A stretch of 21,612 nt of DNA from assembly GCA_965225945.1 (NCBI GenBank), contig CBDDBZ010000012.1, forward strand, positions 1 to 21,612, given 5' to 3'. The notes under the pieces are model-generated. The model was given only the letters and a program-made list of their open reading frames with translations, did no database searches and was not told where the DNA came from. A program made the position numbers and the translations under genes. Source of the DNA: Alphaproteobacteria bacterium (GTDB lineage Bacteria > Pseudomonadota > Alphaproteobacteria > GCA-2731375). Positions 9,068 to 18,068 of this stretch are shown here, in pieces. Within the stretch, counting starts at the first letter, position 1. Every line of letters begins with the position of its first letter.

Positions 9068-9885
9068 TTAGCCTTCCAGTCGCTCTGCCCACGCCGCGAG
9101 ATCCAGTTCTGCCTCCCGTGTCTGCCCGCCTAATTTGAGGTAAAGTTCCCGGCGACGGTCAAATTCCGGCAGCGTGAGGTTCTGATTGTAATTGCGGAAT
9201 TCCTCTTGCAGGCCTTCCAGGACGTTCTATTCCGCCGCCAGCACCGACGCCTTCGTGAGGGCCAGGGTTTTTGCCGGAAACGAGGCGATACGATAGGCAA
9301 GCCGTTCAACGAAAGGCCCGATCTCATCGGCGTCCAGCGCCCGGTTGACGTAGCCATACCTTTCCGCCAGATCGGCATCGAAATCCTCGCAGCCCAGCAG
9401 CACCTCCAGCGCCCGGCTTCGCCCCATCAGGCGCGGCAGGCGCTTTGTGGACGTGCCCCCCCCGGCGCCAACCCAAGCATTACCTCCGGCTGGGATAGGA
9501 TCGCGCTGCCCCGCGCGGCAAAGCGCATATCCATGGAGAGCACGGTCTCGGCCCCACCGCCGCGCACCCTGCCTTCGATCTTAGCGATGGTGATCTTGGG
9601 CATCGTGCGCAGGCGTTCCCGCGCGGCCTGATTGGCACTAATTCCCAAATCGGCTGCCGCAGGCCCGATCGTCTTCAGGTCTCCATGGGCGATAAAGAAC
9701 TCAGGGTTCGCACTCTGGAACACGATTACATTGACTGCCGAATCTTCGGCGAGCTTAGGAATAAGGGCGTTGAATTCTCCACGCAGCGTAGGGTCCATCA
9801 AGTTGATGGGCGGATAATCGATGGTGATCCAGGCCACGCGCCGCTGCACCTCCACCTTTATGTGTTCGAAGTCTTCATGCGCCAT
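9068..9885 (-). pseudogene. Enoyl-CoA hydratase/isomerase family, frameshift plus premature stop
   Basis: PPINL, FFIAHGD, IAKIEGRVRGGGAE, QPEV..GLAPGG; frameshift in a G8 run (9456-9463); then TKRLPRLMGRSRALE...AERYGYVNRAL; in-frame TAG (9227-9229) followed by NVLEGLQEE...GGQTREAELDL...* ending at 9068. Confidence 0.85.
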
Positions 9886-10106
9886 GTCTGATCCCCAAAT
9901 TTACTGACCCAGCCACGCAGGCGGACAGCAGGATGTTGTCATGAACGGACGAATTCATCCAGTCCGCCGTTCGATCAGCCCGAGGTAAGACGCCACCTCG
10001 GCCTTGATCCTGTTCTCTGCCCCGTCTGGGAGCGCCTGTATTTGTCGCCAAGCCACTCGCCAGGGCCGTATACCTTCCTTAGTTCTTACGCCAACGAGGC
10101 TAGCGC

Positions 10107-11129
10107 TCATTCCGCCGGCAGGATGGTAATCCACATCGGCTGCGCACCGACCTCATAGGTGGCGAGAAGCTCGAGCACGCCCGTGTCCTGGGGAATCGAA
10201 AAGGCCCGAACGCGTCCCGAATCAAGCCCCGCCGAGAGCAGAAAGCGGCCGTCCGGCGTGATTGCCATGACGCGCGGCGTCGCTTCGGTCTCGGCGTGAC
10301 CGATCGCCCTCGGCTCCCCGCTCGCCTCGTCGAGGGCGAAGCAGGCGAGGCTATCGTGGCCCCGGTTCGCCGCGTAGAGGAAACGCCCGTCGGGCGTCAG
10401 CCGGATCTGCGCGCAGCTGTTCTTGCCCCTCCAGCCTTCCGGCAGCGTCGGCACCGTCCCGAGCGGAGCGAGCGTGCCGCGCTGGGAATCGAAGGCATAG
10501 GTAGTGACGGAACAGCCTTGCTCGTTCGAGGCGTAGAGCAGATCCCGCGTCGGATGCCAGCAGAAATGCCGGGGCCCAACGTCGCCGCCGGGCGAAACCC
10601 GGTCGGGTTGGTTCGGCGTCAGCCGTCCGCTCTCGGGATCGAAGCGGAACTGGAAGATCGCGTTGGCGCCGCCCGCCCCGTGGATGTGCGGCACGAAGGC
10701 GAACCGATTGCCACGGTCGGTCTCGAAATAGTGCGAGCCCCGGCCGGTATGGCGCCATTCGATCGGCGGATGGCGGGCCGCGCCCTCCGCGCCGATGGCA
10801 TGCACCGCCGCCCGCTCGCCCATGTAATAGGCGGAGAGCAGGAAACGGCCGGCCCGATCCATGCCCATGTAGCAGGGGTCCGAATCCACCGCGATCTCGC
10901 CGATGCTGGCGAGGCCGCCGCCCACGGGATCGCAGCGGAAGCTCTCGATGATCAGGTCGTCGCGCCGAGCGACGTGGAGCTGGCGTCCGTCCGGCGAGAC
11001 CGCGATCGGCGCCGGCCGCCCGGGCGCCGGAATATCCTCGACCGGCCTCAGCGCCGCCGTCGCCGGATCCATCTCCAGTCGCGCGATCCGCCCCTCGCCC
11101 GAGACCGTGATGTAGACATGTAGGCTCAC
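10107..11129 (-). CDS. Lactonase family beta-propeller (6-phosphogluconolactonase/YbhE-like)
   Basis: GRFLLSAYY, GPRHFCWHP, YASNE, CAQIRLTPDGRFLYAANRGHDSLA, PMWI at the C-terminus. Confidence 0.92.
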   Translation of the reverse strand: MSLHVYITVSGEGRIARLEMDPATAALRPVEDIPAPGRPAPIAVSPDGRQLHVARRDDLIIESFRCDPVGGGLASIGEIAVDSDPCYMGMDRAGRFLLSAYYMGERAAVHAIGAEGAARHPPIEWRHTGRGSHYFETDRGNRFAFVPHIHGAGGANAIFQFRFDPESGRLTPNQPDRVSPGGDVGPRHFCWHPTRDLLYASNEQGCSVTTYAFDSQRGTLAPLGTVPTLPEGWRGKNSCAQIRLTPDGRFLYAANRGHDSLACFALDEASGEPRAIGHAETEATPRVMAITPDGRFLLSAGLDSGRVRAFSIPQDTGVLELLATYEVGAQPMWITILPAE

Positions 11130-11339
11130 CTGCAGCCCTCCCCCAAATCGCGAACGCGCGCCTGAAGTGTATTCGGCCGGCGGCGGGGAAGGAAATCGGC
11201 GGGCATGTCACCCAGGGGAATCGGGTAAATATTTTCAGCCTGTGACGAGGCTTGCGAGGAAGTCGTCATCCCAAGCGGCGAGGCTATCGTCGAGTTGGTC
11301 GTGCGAGGGGGCGTTGCCGGCGAAGGAGCGGCCCCTGGA

Positions 11340-11353
11340 TGGGAAGCAGAACG
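11340..11353. repeat. Left copy of 14-bp target-site duplication TGGGAAGCAGAACG
   Basis: Identical to 12699-12712; abuts the TG terminus. Confidence 0.85.
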
Positions 11354-11388
11354 TGTATCGCACCCGGTTCCTTGGACACAAGTTTGTC

Positions 11389-12248
11389 TCATGCGGCGGG
11401 CCTGAGTGACATCGCGGTGTGCCACGCCTGACGAGCTTGAGCGGGGCTCAGGTAGCCGTTCTTCTCCACGATCCACTGGGCATTGTACTGTTCGACGAAC
11501 CCGCGGACGGCGTTCCGCAGCTCCGCGATGTTGCGGTAGATGCGGCCATGGATGATCTGTTCCTTGAGCGTGCGATTGCCGGCGACGCCGTTGGTCTGGG
11601 GCTGTTCGACGAAGGCGTAGGACGGCTGGATGCCCCAGAACTTGATGGTGAAGTGGTCCGACAGATACTGGGAGCCGTGATCCATCCGCAAGGCCAGCCC
11701 CCGCGCCGCACCGGCGGAGGTCGAGGCATACAGCCTCGCAAGCCCCATGGAGATCGGCTGAAGGGCGGCGAAGCGGTCGCCTCGCTTGCACACATGCCAG
11801 CCGACGCACTCGGCGTTCCAATGCTCGATGGCGGTGAATATCCAGCCCCAGCCGTCGTCCACCGTGAACACCCGAACGCCGTCCGTGCCCCACATGAGGT
11901 TGGGGGCATGGGTGATGATCTCACCGACATGGGGATTTCCGCCACGGCGGCGGCAGCGATGGGGCGAGAGCAGGTTGTTCTCGCGCATCACCCGGAGCAC
12001 CCGCTTGCGGGAAACACGGATGCCACCACCCGAAGCCGAGCCCAGACCTTGCGGTGGTCCCAGGGGGATGCCTCCAGGTCGGCCTATGGCCACCAGCAGA
12101 GCCTCGTCCGAGATCGAGGGCTTCGGTCCCCGGCGCTTTGCTGGTGGGCGCTCACGATTTCATGGCGTAGAACGAGGAACGGGCAAAACCCCAGGCCGCA
12201 CAGACCCGCTGGAGGCCGACCCGTGCCGGGAGAGGTGGCGGCACTCAT
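11389..12248 (-). pseudogene. IS3-like OrfB DDE transposase (rve integrase core), multiply frameshifted
   Basis: ATG at 12248 overlaps the orfA stop (ATGA). Segments GLQRVCAAWGFARSSFY / KRRGPKPSISDEALL / HRKVWARLR / RKRVLRVMRENNLL are joined only through frame changes. WGTD and DHGSQY are present, but NGVA(ERF)NRTLK lacks the catalytic Glu. Confidence 0.85.
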
Positions 12249-12652
12249 CGCCGCGACCTCCGCCGCCCCAAAGGGCCGGACGTCTCCGTCTTGGCCTCCA
12301 GCAGTTCCACCTGCATGATCAACTCCCCGATCCGCTTCATGGCGATGTCCAGTTCCGCCTTTACCGGATCGCCCTTGCGTTCCTTGAGCGAGGCATCGAT
12401 CCCGGCGATCGCCTTCTCACGCCACTGCTCGAGCCGGAAAATCTCCACGCCCAACTGCCGCGACAAAAGTTCCACCGGCTCGCCACGCAAAAGCCGCAGG
12501 GCAACCTCACGCTTGCGCGTCACCGTCCACCGCTGGCCAAGTCCCAGCGGGCCTGCCGGCGAAACCTGGCCCGGGGAAAACGTGGACGAGCCAAGCTCGC
12601 CCTCGTTTACCACAGGCCCATCAACAGCAACTTTGTTCTCAAAATTGTCGGA
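12245..12652 (-). pseudogene. IS3-like OrfA (helix-turn-helix)
   Basis: QRWTVTRKREVALRLLRGEPVELLSRQLGVEIFRLEQWREKA...KRIGELIMQVELL. RBS AAGGAGG is present but the expected ATG appears deleted (ACATCCGACAAT). Confidence 0.75.
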
Positions 12653-12698
12653 TGTTCCGGTCCTCCTTGGGCCAATTCTGTGTCCTGGGTCCGACTCA

Positions 12699-12712
12699 TG
12701 GGAAGCAGAACG
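12699..12712. repeat. Right copy of 14-bp target-site duplication TGGGAAGCAGAACG
   Basis: Identical to 11340-11353; abuts the CA terminus. Confidence 0.85.
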
Positions 12713-13002
12713 AGACCGGCAATGGTTTGAGAGTTGCCGAGGATGTGAGCTGCAATGGGCGGCGTGGCCACCAGAACCGCGAGAGGGCAGCACGGGCGGT
12801 TCATCACCACCATGTTCCTTGGTTATCGAAACAGGGACCAAACGATATTTCTCTCCGAGCGGTCCGCGACTTAAATACGGCAACGAGGTGATCGAGACCG
12901 CGGCTGCGAGGCCGCGCGAGTCGACATCCGCCGGGACAAGACCGTCGCGGTGCGCGGCATTGCGGCACCATGCCGAGCGATGCCATGAAAGGGAGAATGA
13001 CA

Positions 13003-13393
13003 ATGCTTCGTCGATTTATTTCGACCCTGGCCGCCATCGTGACCGCGGGCCTCATCGCGGGCCCCGCGATCGCGGGCGGAGCGGTCAATGAGACTTTGTT
13101 CGGCATCGCGCTCGAGGGTTACGACCCGGTCGCCTACCACAGCGTCGGCAAGCCGGTCGAAGGCAGCGCGCGGATCAGCTACAGGTGGCGCGACGCGACC
13201 TGGCGTTTCGCCAGCGTCGAGAATCGTGACCGGTTCTCCACCGACCCCGAGCGTTACGCACCAGCCTATGGTGGCTACTGCGCCTACGGCATGGCCCAAG
13301 GCGCAAAAATCGACATCGACCCGAACGCCTGGGCCATCGTCGAAGGCAAGTTGTACCTCAATGTGAACAAGAGGGTGCAGCAAACCTGGAAAG
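13003..13393 (+). pseudogene. Secreted YHS-domain protein, 5' part (interrupted by IS110)
   Basis: Signal peptide, ALEGYDPVAY, WRFASVENRDRF..DPERYAPAYGGYCAYG, IVEGKLYLN; breaks after QQTWK. Confidence 0.9.
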
Positions 13394-13501
13394 ATGGTGT
13401 ATCGCGGCGGCTGTGCCTGATGATATCAGGATGAGCGCAGCCCCTTCACGCATGATCGTTGAATCGGGGTCGCCCTGACCTCGAACATCAAGGAAGGAGC
13501 G

Positions 13502-14554
13502 ATGACGATGGCACATTTCGTAGGTCTGGATGTTTCGGTGAAGGAGACGGCGGTATGCGTCGTCGACGAGGTTGGCGAGGTGGTGTTGGAGCGGAAAGTG
13601 CCGACCGAGCCGGACGACATCGTCACGCTGCTGACCTCGATCGGCGTGGCCTATGGCCGGATCGGGATCGAAGCCGGTCCGCTCTCGCAATGGCTGGTCA
13701 ACGGTCTTGCCGCCGCCGGGCTGCCGGTTGTCTGCGTCGAGACTCGGCACATGAAAGCACTGCTCAAGGGGCAGCAGATCAACAAGAGCGACCGCAACGA
13801 TGCGCGCGGCATCGCCCAGATGATGCGGGTCGGGCTGTTCAAGCCGGTGCATGTGAAGACCCTGGTTGCCCAGGAGCAGCGGATGCTGCTGACCAGCCGC
13901 AAGCTGCTCCAGAGAAAACTGCTCGACGTCGAGAACGATCTACGCGGGACGCTGCGCAACTTCGGTCTCAAGGTGGGCATGGTCAGCACCCGCGGGTACG
14001 AGGCGCGGATCCGCGAGCTGGTCGAAGACTTTCCGAAGCTGGCCGCTATTGTGGAACCGCTGCTCACCGTCCGGCGAGTGATGCGCCAGCAGTTCGCGGT
14101 CCTCCACAAAATGGTGCTCGACACGGTCCGCCATGACCCGGTCTGCCGACGGCTCATGACGGCACCCGGCGTCGGCGTGGTCGTCGCGCTGACCTACCGG
14201 GCTACCATTGATCAGCCGCAGCGCTTCGTTCACTCCAGGGCGGTCGGCGCGCATGTCGGCCTGACGCCGAAGCGCTTCCAGTCCGGCGAGATCGACTATG
14301 ATGGTCGCGTGTCCAAGTGCGGCGACAGCATGCTCCGCACGATGCTGTACGAGGCCGCGCAGTCGCTCCTCACCCACGGCCGGAAATGGTCCTGGCTGAA
14401 GGCGTGGGGCATGCGAGTGGCCCAGCGACGTGGCATGCGCCGTGCCATCGTCGCCGTCGCGAGGCGCCTGGCCGTAGTTCTGCACCGCATGTGGGTCGAC
14501 GGCACCGAGTTCCGCTGGAGCAACGGCCCTGCTGACGCCGTCAAGGCGGCTTGA
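13502..14554 (+). CDS. IS110-family DEDD recombinase/transposase
   Basis: GLDVS, IEAG, KSDRNDARGIA (DEDD residues), PGVG, GLTPKRFQSGE (conserved Ser), SKCGD, AIVAVARRLA; intact 350 aa with RBS AAGGAG. Confidence 0.96.
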   Translation: MTMAHFVGLDVSVKETAVCVVDEVGEVVLERKVPTEPDDIVTLLTSIGVAYGRIGIEAGPLSQWLVNGLAAAGLPVVCVETRHMKALLKGQQINKSDRNDARGIAQMMRVGLFKPVHVKTLVAQEQRMLLTSRKLLQRKLLDVENDLRGTLRNFGLKVGMVSTRGYEARIRELVEDFPKLAAIVEPLLTVRRVMRQQFAVLHKMVLDTVRHDPVCRRLMTAPGVGVVVALTYRATIDQPQRFVHSRAVGAHVGLTPKRFQSGEIDYDGRVSKCGDSMLRTMLYEAAQSLLTHGRKWSWLKAWGMRVAQRRGMRRAIVAVARRLAVVLHRMWVDGTEFRWSNGPADAVKAA

Positions 14555-14604
14555 ACCTTCGACTGTACTGACAAGGAGATCAACGAGTTCTGCTTAGGCA
14601 GAGA

Positions 14605-14773
14605 GATGTCCTCACGGGGACGACGGGTGGGGTGAGTTCGTAATGTCGGTAGACCCTGCCGCTGACCGGCGGCAAGGACGCGCGAAAGATTGAACCGCCT
14701 CATCCTCTGATCCCATCATGAGGTGGCCACGCGCCAACCTCGAAGAGAAGCAAGAGCCCCGTGCGGCAACATC
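14605..14773 (+). ncRNA. Predicted bridge/seek RNA of the IS110 element
   Basis: Closing stem CACGGGG (14613-14619)/CCCCGTG (14757-14763) encloses two hairpins with internal loops whose strands match the target site and the element ends (see findings). Transcript ends are unknown. Confidence 0.8.
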
Positions 14774-14828
14774 CGCCAGTGCGGAACGACGTGAAGAAGG
14801 AATATGGCATGACGTAACCAGAAAGGGC

Positions 14829-14852
14829 TTGACCGAGGACGCGATAGAGAAG
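14829..14852 (+). promoter_or_regulatory. Outward-facing -35 (TTGACC) completing a promoter at the circle junction
   Basis: Joining the right end to the left end through one core gives TTGACC, 17 bp, GATGGT, as expected for IS1111-type circles. Confidence 0.6.
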
Positions 14853-14911
14853 CCGACATTCCCGGCTACATCGCGCGCGCCGATCGGCACTGGGGGCGGC
14901 TCATGGGTTGA
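14853..14911 (+). pseudogene. YHS-domain protein, 3' part
   Basis: (A)DIPGYIARADRHWGRLMG*, the typical I..AD..W C-terminus of this family, in frame after IS removal. Confidence 0.88.
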
Positions 14912-14978
14912 GCCGGGGGCGCGCGTGCTCCGGGCTCGCGCGCATCCCGCGCCGCACACTTTACGCCTCGAGGATCCA

Positions 14979-15841
14979 ATGATGATCATTACGCGAACCG
15001 CTAGCCGCGCCGCCCTCGGTATTTTGCTGGCGCTCGTCTTCACGCTCCCCGCGGTGACCGCCTCGGCGGCGCCCAGGCCGAGTTGTGGGAGCGTTGGACC
15101 GCACATGATGCCGCATCCACCGCCACCATCGATCATTCGGCGTGGGACAGGTTTCTCGAGGCCAATCTCGTCCTCGGCCGGGACGGCATCAACCGGATGG
15201 CCTATGGCCAAGTCTCCGCGGCGGACCGCAAGGCGCTCGCCCGCTACCTCGACGCGCTCGCGGCGGCGCCGATCAGCCGCTATAAGCGCGACGAGCAGCT
15301 GGCCTATTGGATCAACCTATATAACGCGCTGACGATCAAAGTCATCCTCGACCATTATCCGGTCAAAAGCATCCGCGATATAGACATCTCTCCCGGTTGG
15401 TTCTCGTTTGGCCCCTGGGACAGGAAGTTGATCGAGGTGGAGAGCGAGATGGTGTCGCTCAACGACATCGAGCATCGCATACTGCGGCCGATCTGGCGTG
15501 ATGCGCGGATCCATTACGCGGTCAACTGCGCCTCGCTCGGCTGTCCGAACCTGGCACCCATGGCGTATAATGCGAAAACCACGGTCAGCAGCCTGACCGC
15601 GGGTGCGCGCGCCCATATCAACCACCCGCGCGGCGTCTCGATCGAAGGCGGGCGGCTCTACATTTCAACGATCTACAAGTGGTTCGTCGAGGACTTCGGC
15701 GGCGACGACAAAGGCGTGCTCGACCATCTTCGCCAATTTGCCAATCCGGAACTCGCAAACAAGCTCGCAAAGTTCGTCGCAATCGACGGCTACAGGTATG
15801 ACTGGGGGATAAACGACGCAGTGCCGATAGAGCAAATGTGA
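14979..15841 (+). pseudogene. Secreted DUF547-domain protein, 1-bp frameshift near 15077
   Basis: Signal peptide ...TASAAPR in one frame continues as AELWERW...IDHSAWD, QLAYWINLYNALT, SLNDIEHRILR, DARIHYAVNCASLGCPNL, YDWGIND in another. May be a sequencing indel. Confidence 0.88.
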
Positions 15842-16860
15842 TGTCCCGTACCAGCCCTATTTCGACGAATCGGAAACTGTTTTTGACCGGAGCCTCCGGC
15901 GTCGTCGGAAGAGCTCTCCTCAAACAGCTGGCGAGCAATGAGGTTATTTGCCTAACGCACCGAGAGCCCGTGTCGACGCCTGGCGTGGAGACGGTGCACG
16001 GCAACATCACGGAAAGGCGGCTTGGCCTCGCCAAGGATTCATTCGGCGAGCTCGCCAATCGAATCGGCTGCATCGTTCATGCCGCCGCCGTTACCAAATT
16101 CTCCCAGTCCGCGAAAAATATCTTCGCCGCCAACGTCGAAGGCACCAGACAGGTCCTGGAATTGGCTCGAGCCGCTGGCGTTCCGCTATATTTCGTCAGC
16201 ACGGCCTTCGTGCATCCGGTTCGCGACCTCACCGGTACCGCCGTGTCCAACGCGTACGTGGAGTCCAAGCTATGCGCGGAGGACATCATCCGATCAAGTG
16301 GGCATCCGGCCACGATCGTGCGCCCGTCCATAGTCGTCGGAGATTCGAGGACCGGCGAGATCAATAAGTTTCAGGGGTTCCACCAAATTCTCGAAGTGGC
16401 GTTACGGGAACGGGTACCCTGGCTCCCGGGAGCAGCGGACGGCTATATCGACTTCATCCCCCAGGATGCCGTCGCGGACATCATCCTCGGTCTCGTGCGG
16501 GCGGAGGTCGTGAACCGAGACTATTGGTTGACGGCTGGCGCGCGCGCCCCGCGGTTGCAGCATCTGCTCGCTCTGGCCGTCGCCATCGCCTCTCACCTAT
16601 TCGGACAGCCAATCCCCGTGCCGCATCTGGTGAGACCCGAGGTGTTCGAGCGGTTTCTCCGCTCGAAACGCCTCGCCGCCCAGCCGGCCGCCAAGCGTAT
16701 CGCCTACAAACAGCTTTCCCATTACGCCCGGTATCTGTCGATCGTCGAACCGCTCCCGACCTCGCTTCCCGACCTTGCCTACGATTGCGATTAGACCTTC
16801 GTCTCGAACGTCCGGTATTGGTGTGCGCGCAACGGCCACGCCGAGTTCGTGGCGGCGTGA
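15841..16860 (+). CDS. Extended SDR / thioester-reductase-like NAD(P)-binding oxidoreductase (TAG at 16792-16794 may be premature)
   Basis: FLTGASGVVG, IVHAAA, NVEGT, VSTAF, YVESK, RPSIVVGDSRTG; TGATG coupling to DUF547. The frame stays open past the TAG (TFVSNVRYWCARNG) to TGA 16860, which is 19 bp before the next start. Confidence 0.8.
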
Positions 16861-16879
16861 ATCGGGTCCGCGTAATCCG

Positions 16880-17035
16880 ATGTACGACATCGAGGTTCTC
16901 CCGAGTGTGACGGATATTCCGAAGGCGGCGTGGGAGGCTCTGGCACCGCCCGACGATCCGCTGTGGCAATGGTCCTACTTCAGGGTCATGGAATCGAGCG
17001 GTATCGGGCCGGATGGGTTCGAGTACATTGTTTTT
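16880..17035 (+). pseudogene. GNAT/FemAB-like acyltransferase, 5' part (interrupted by IS1595)
   Basis: MYDIEVLPSVTDIPKAAWEALAPPDDPLWQWSYFRVME...EYIVF; joins in frame to 18069 after removing the IS and one TSD. Confidence 0.85.
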
Positions 17036-18060
17036 GGCTCAATTCGTGAATTGTATGCATTAGTGATAGAGTGCCTGGAACGTCAGGAGGTTGGGTTATG
17101 GACGGCAAGGGTTTCCAGGTGTGGCTTTCGGCGGCGCGCGGGCTGACGCGCGCGCAGCGGCGCGAGGCGCTCGCGGTGCTGTCGGGCCGGAGCGAGGGCG
17201 AGGCATCGAAGGCCGCGATCGAGCTTGGTGTGGACGAGGCCCGGCGCTGTCCGCACTGCGCGAGCGAAGGGGCGGTTTCGCGCGGTATGGCGCGGGGTCT
17301 GCGGCGCTACCAGTGCAAGGGCTGCGGCAGGACCTTCAACGCGCTGAGCGGTACGCCGCTGTCGGGCTTGCACCACAAGGAACGCTGGCTGTCGTTCGGG
17401 GCGTCGCTGGCGAAGGGGGAGACGGTGAAGGCGTCGGCGGCGCGCTGCGACGTGGCGGTGAGCACGGCGTTCCGCTGGCGTCACCGGTTTCTGGCGGCGG
17501 CGCGGAGCGATTCGGAGGTGCTCAAGGGGATCGTGGAAGCGGACGAGACCTACGTCCTGGAGAGCCGGAAGGGCGCGCGCGGGCTGGGGCGCAAGGCACG
17601 GCGGCGGGGCGGCAAGGCGAAGAAGCGCGGCCTCTCGCGCGAGCAGGTACCGGTTCTCATGGCGGCGGACCGGAGCGGAACGACGGTCAGCGCGGTGCTG
17701 CCCAGGGTCGATGCGGCGGCGCTCACGGCTGCCCTCGACCCGGTGGTCGCGAAGGACGCCCTGCTGGTCTCCGACGGCGGCGCGAGCTACCCACCGTGCG
17801 CCGCCGCGCTCGGGGTGAGCCACGAAGCACTCAACCGCTCGATGGGGGAACGGGTTCGGGGCGATCTGCATGTGCAGACGGTGAACAGCCGCCACAGCCG
17901 GTTGAAGGACTTCCTGCGTCCCCGCCGCGGCATCGCCACCCGCTATCTGGACAACTACCTGAGCTGGTTCCACCTCGTCGGCCTCGCCCCCGGCGCCAAT
18001 GACCGAGCCTGCCTCGCCGCCGCCGTAACAAGGTGACGCATACAATTCACGAATTGAGCC
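17036..18060 (+). mobile_element. IS1595-family insertion sequence, intact
   Basis: Perfect 23-bp terminal IRs GGCTCAATTCGTGAATTGTATGC (17036-17058 / 18038-18060); 8-bp TSD TTGTTTTT (17028-17035 / 18061-18068). Confidence 0.97.
17098..18036 (+). CDS. IS1595-family transposase
   Basis: Zinc ribbon CPHC...RYQCKGC, TFNALSGTPL, HTH STAFRWRHRFL, GIVEADETY, LVSDG, HVQTVNSRHSRLK, GIATRYLDNYL. Confidence 0.96.
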   Translation: MDGKGFQVWLSAARGLTRAQRREALAVLSGRSEGEASKAAIELGVDEARRCPHCASEGAVSRGMARGLRRYQCKGCGRTFNALSGTPLSGLHHKERWLSFGASLAKGETVKASAARCDVAVSTAFRWRHRFLAAARSDSEVLKGIVEADETYVLESRKGARGLGRKARRRGGKAKKRGLSREQVPVLMAADRSGTTVSAVLPRVDAAALTAALDPVVAKDALLVSDGGASYPPCAAALGVSHEALNRSMGERVRGDLHVQTVNSRHSRLKDFLRPRRGIATRYLDNYLSWFHLVGLAPGANDRACLAAAVTR

Positions 18061-18068
18061 TTGTTTTT

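Larger units (their letters stand above)
11354..12698 (-). mobile_element. Degenerate IS3-family-like insertion sequence
   Basis: TG...CA ends with imperfect IRs (TGTATCGCACCCGGTTCCTTGGACACA versus reverse complement TGAGTCGGACCCAGGACACA); contains an HTH orfA and an integrase-core orfB; flanked by a 14-bp direct repeat. Confidence 0.85.
13394..14852 (+). mobile_element. IS110-family insertion sequence, IS1111-type architecture
   Basis: Removing 13394-14852 restores the YHS frame (TGG AAA G|CC GAC ATT). AAG is present at both junctions (13391-13393, 14850-14852). Sub-terminal IR TATCGCG (13400-13406)/CGCGATA (14840-14846). The long non-coding region is downstream of the transposase. Confidence 0.95.

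Noticed and set aside
9955-10080. Short minus-strand frame KEGIRPWRVAWRQIQALPDGAENRIKAEVASYLGLIERRTG*
   Set aside because: Possibly a gene remnant, but there is no start and no recognisable family.
13261-13300. YHS protein as a selenoprotein
   Set aside because: The GGYC position is TGC (Cys), not TGA, and I recognise no SECIS.
9227-16794. Two in-frame TAG codons (9227-9229 and 16792-16794) followed by plausible coding sequence, suggesting stop-codon reassignment or pyrrolysine
   Set aside because: TAG is a genuine stop for the Sel1 (318) and AbrB (668) genes, the intact long genes have no internal TAG, and both cases are in decaying loci.
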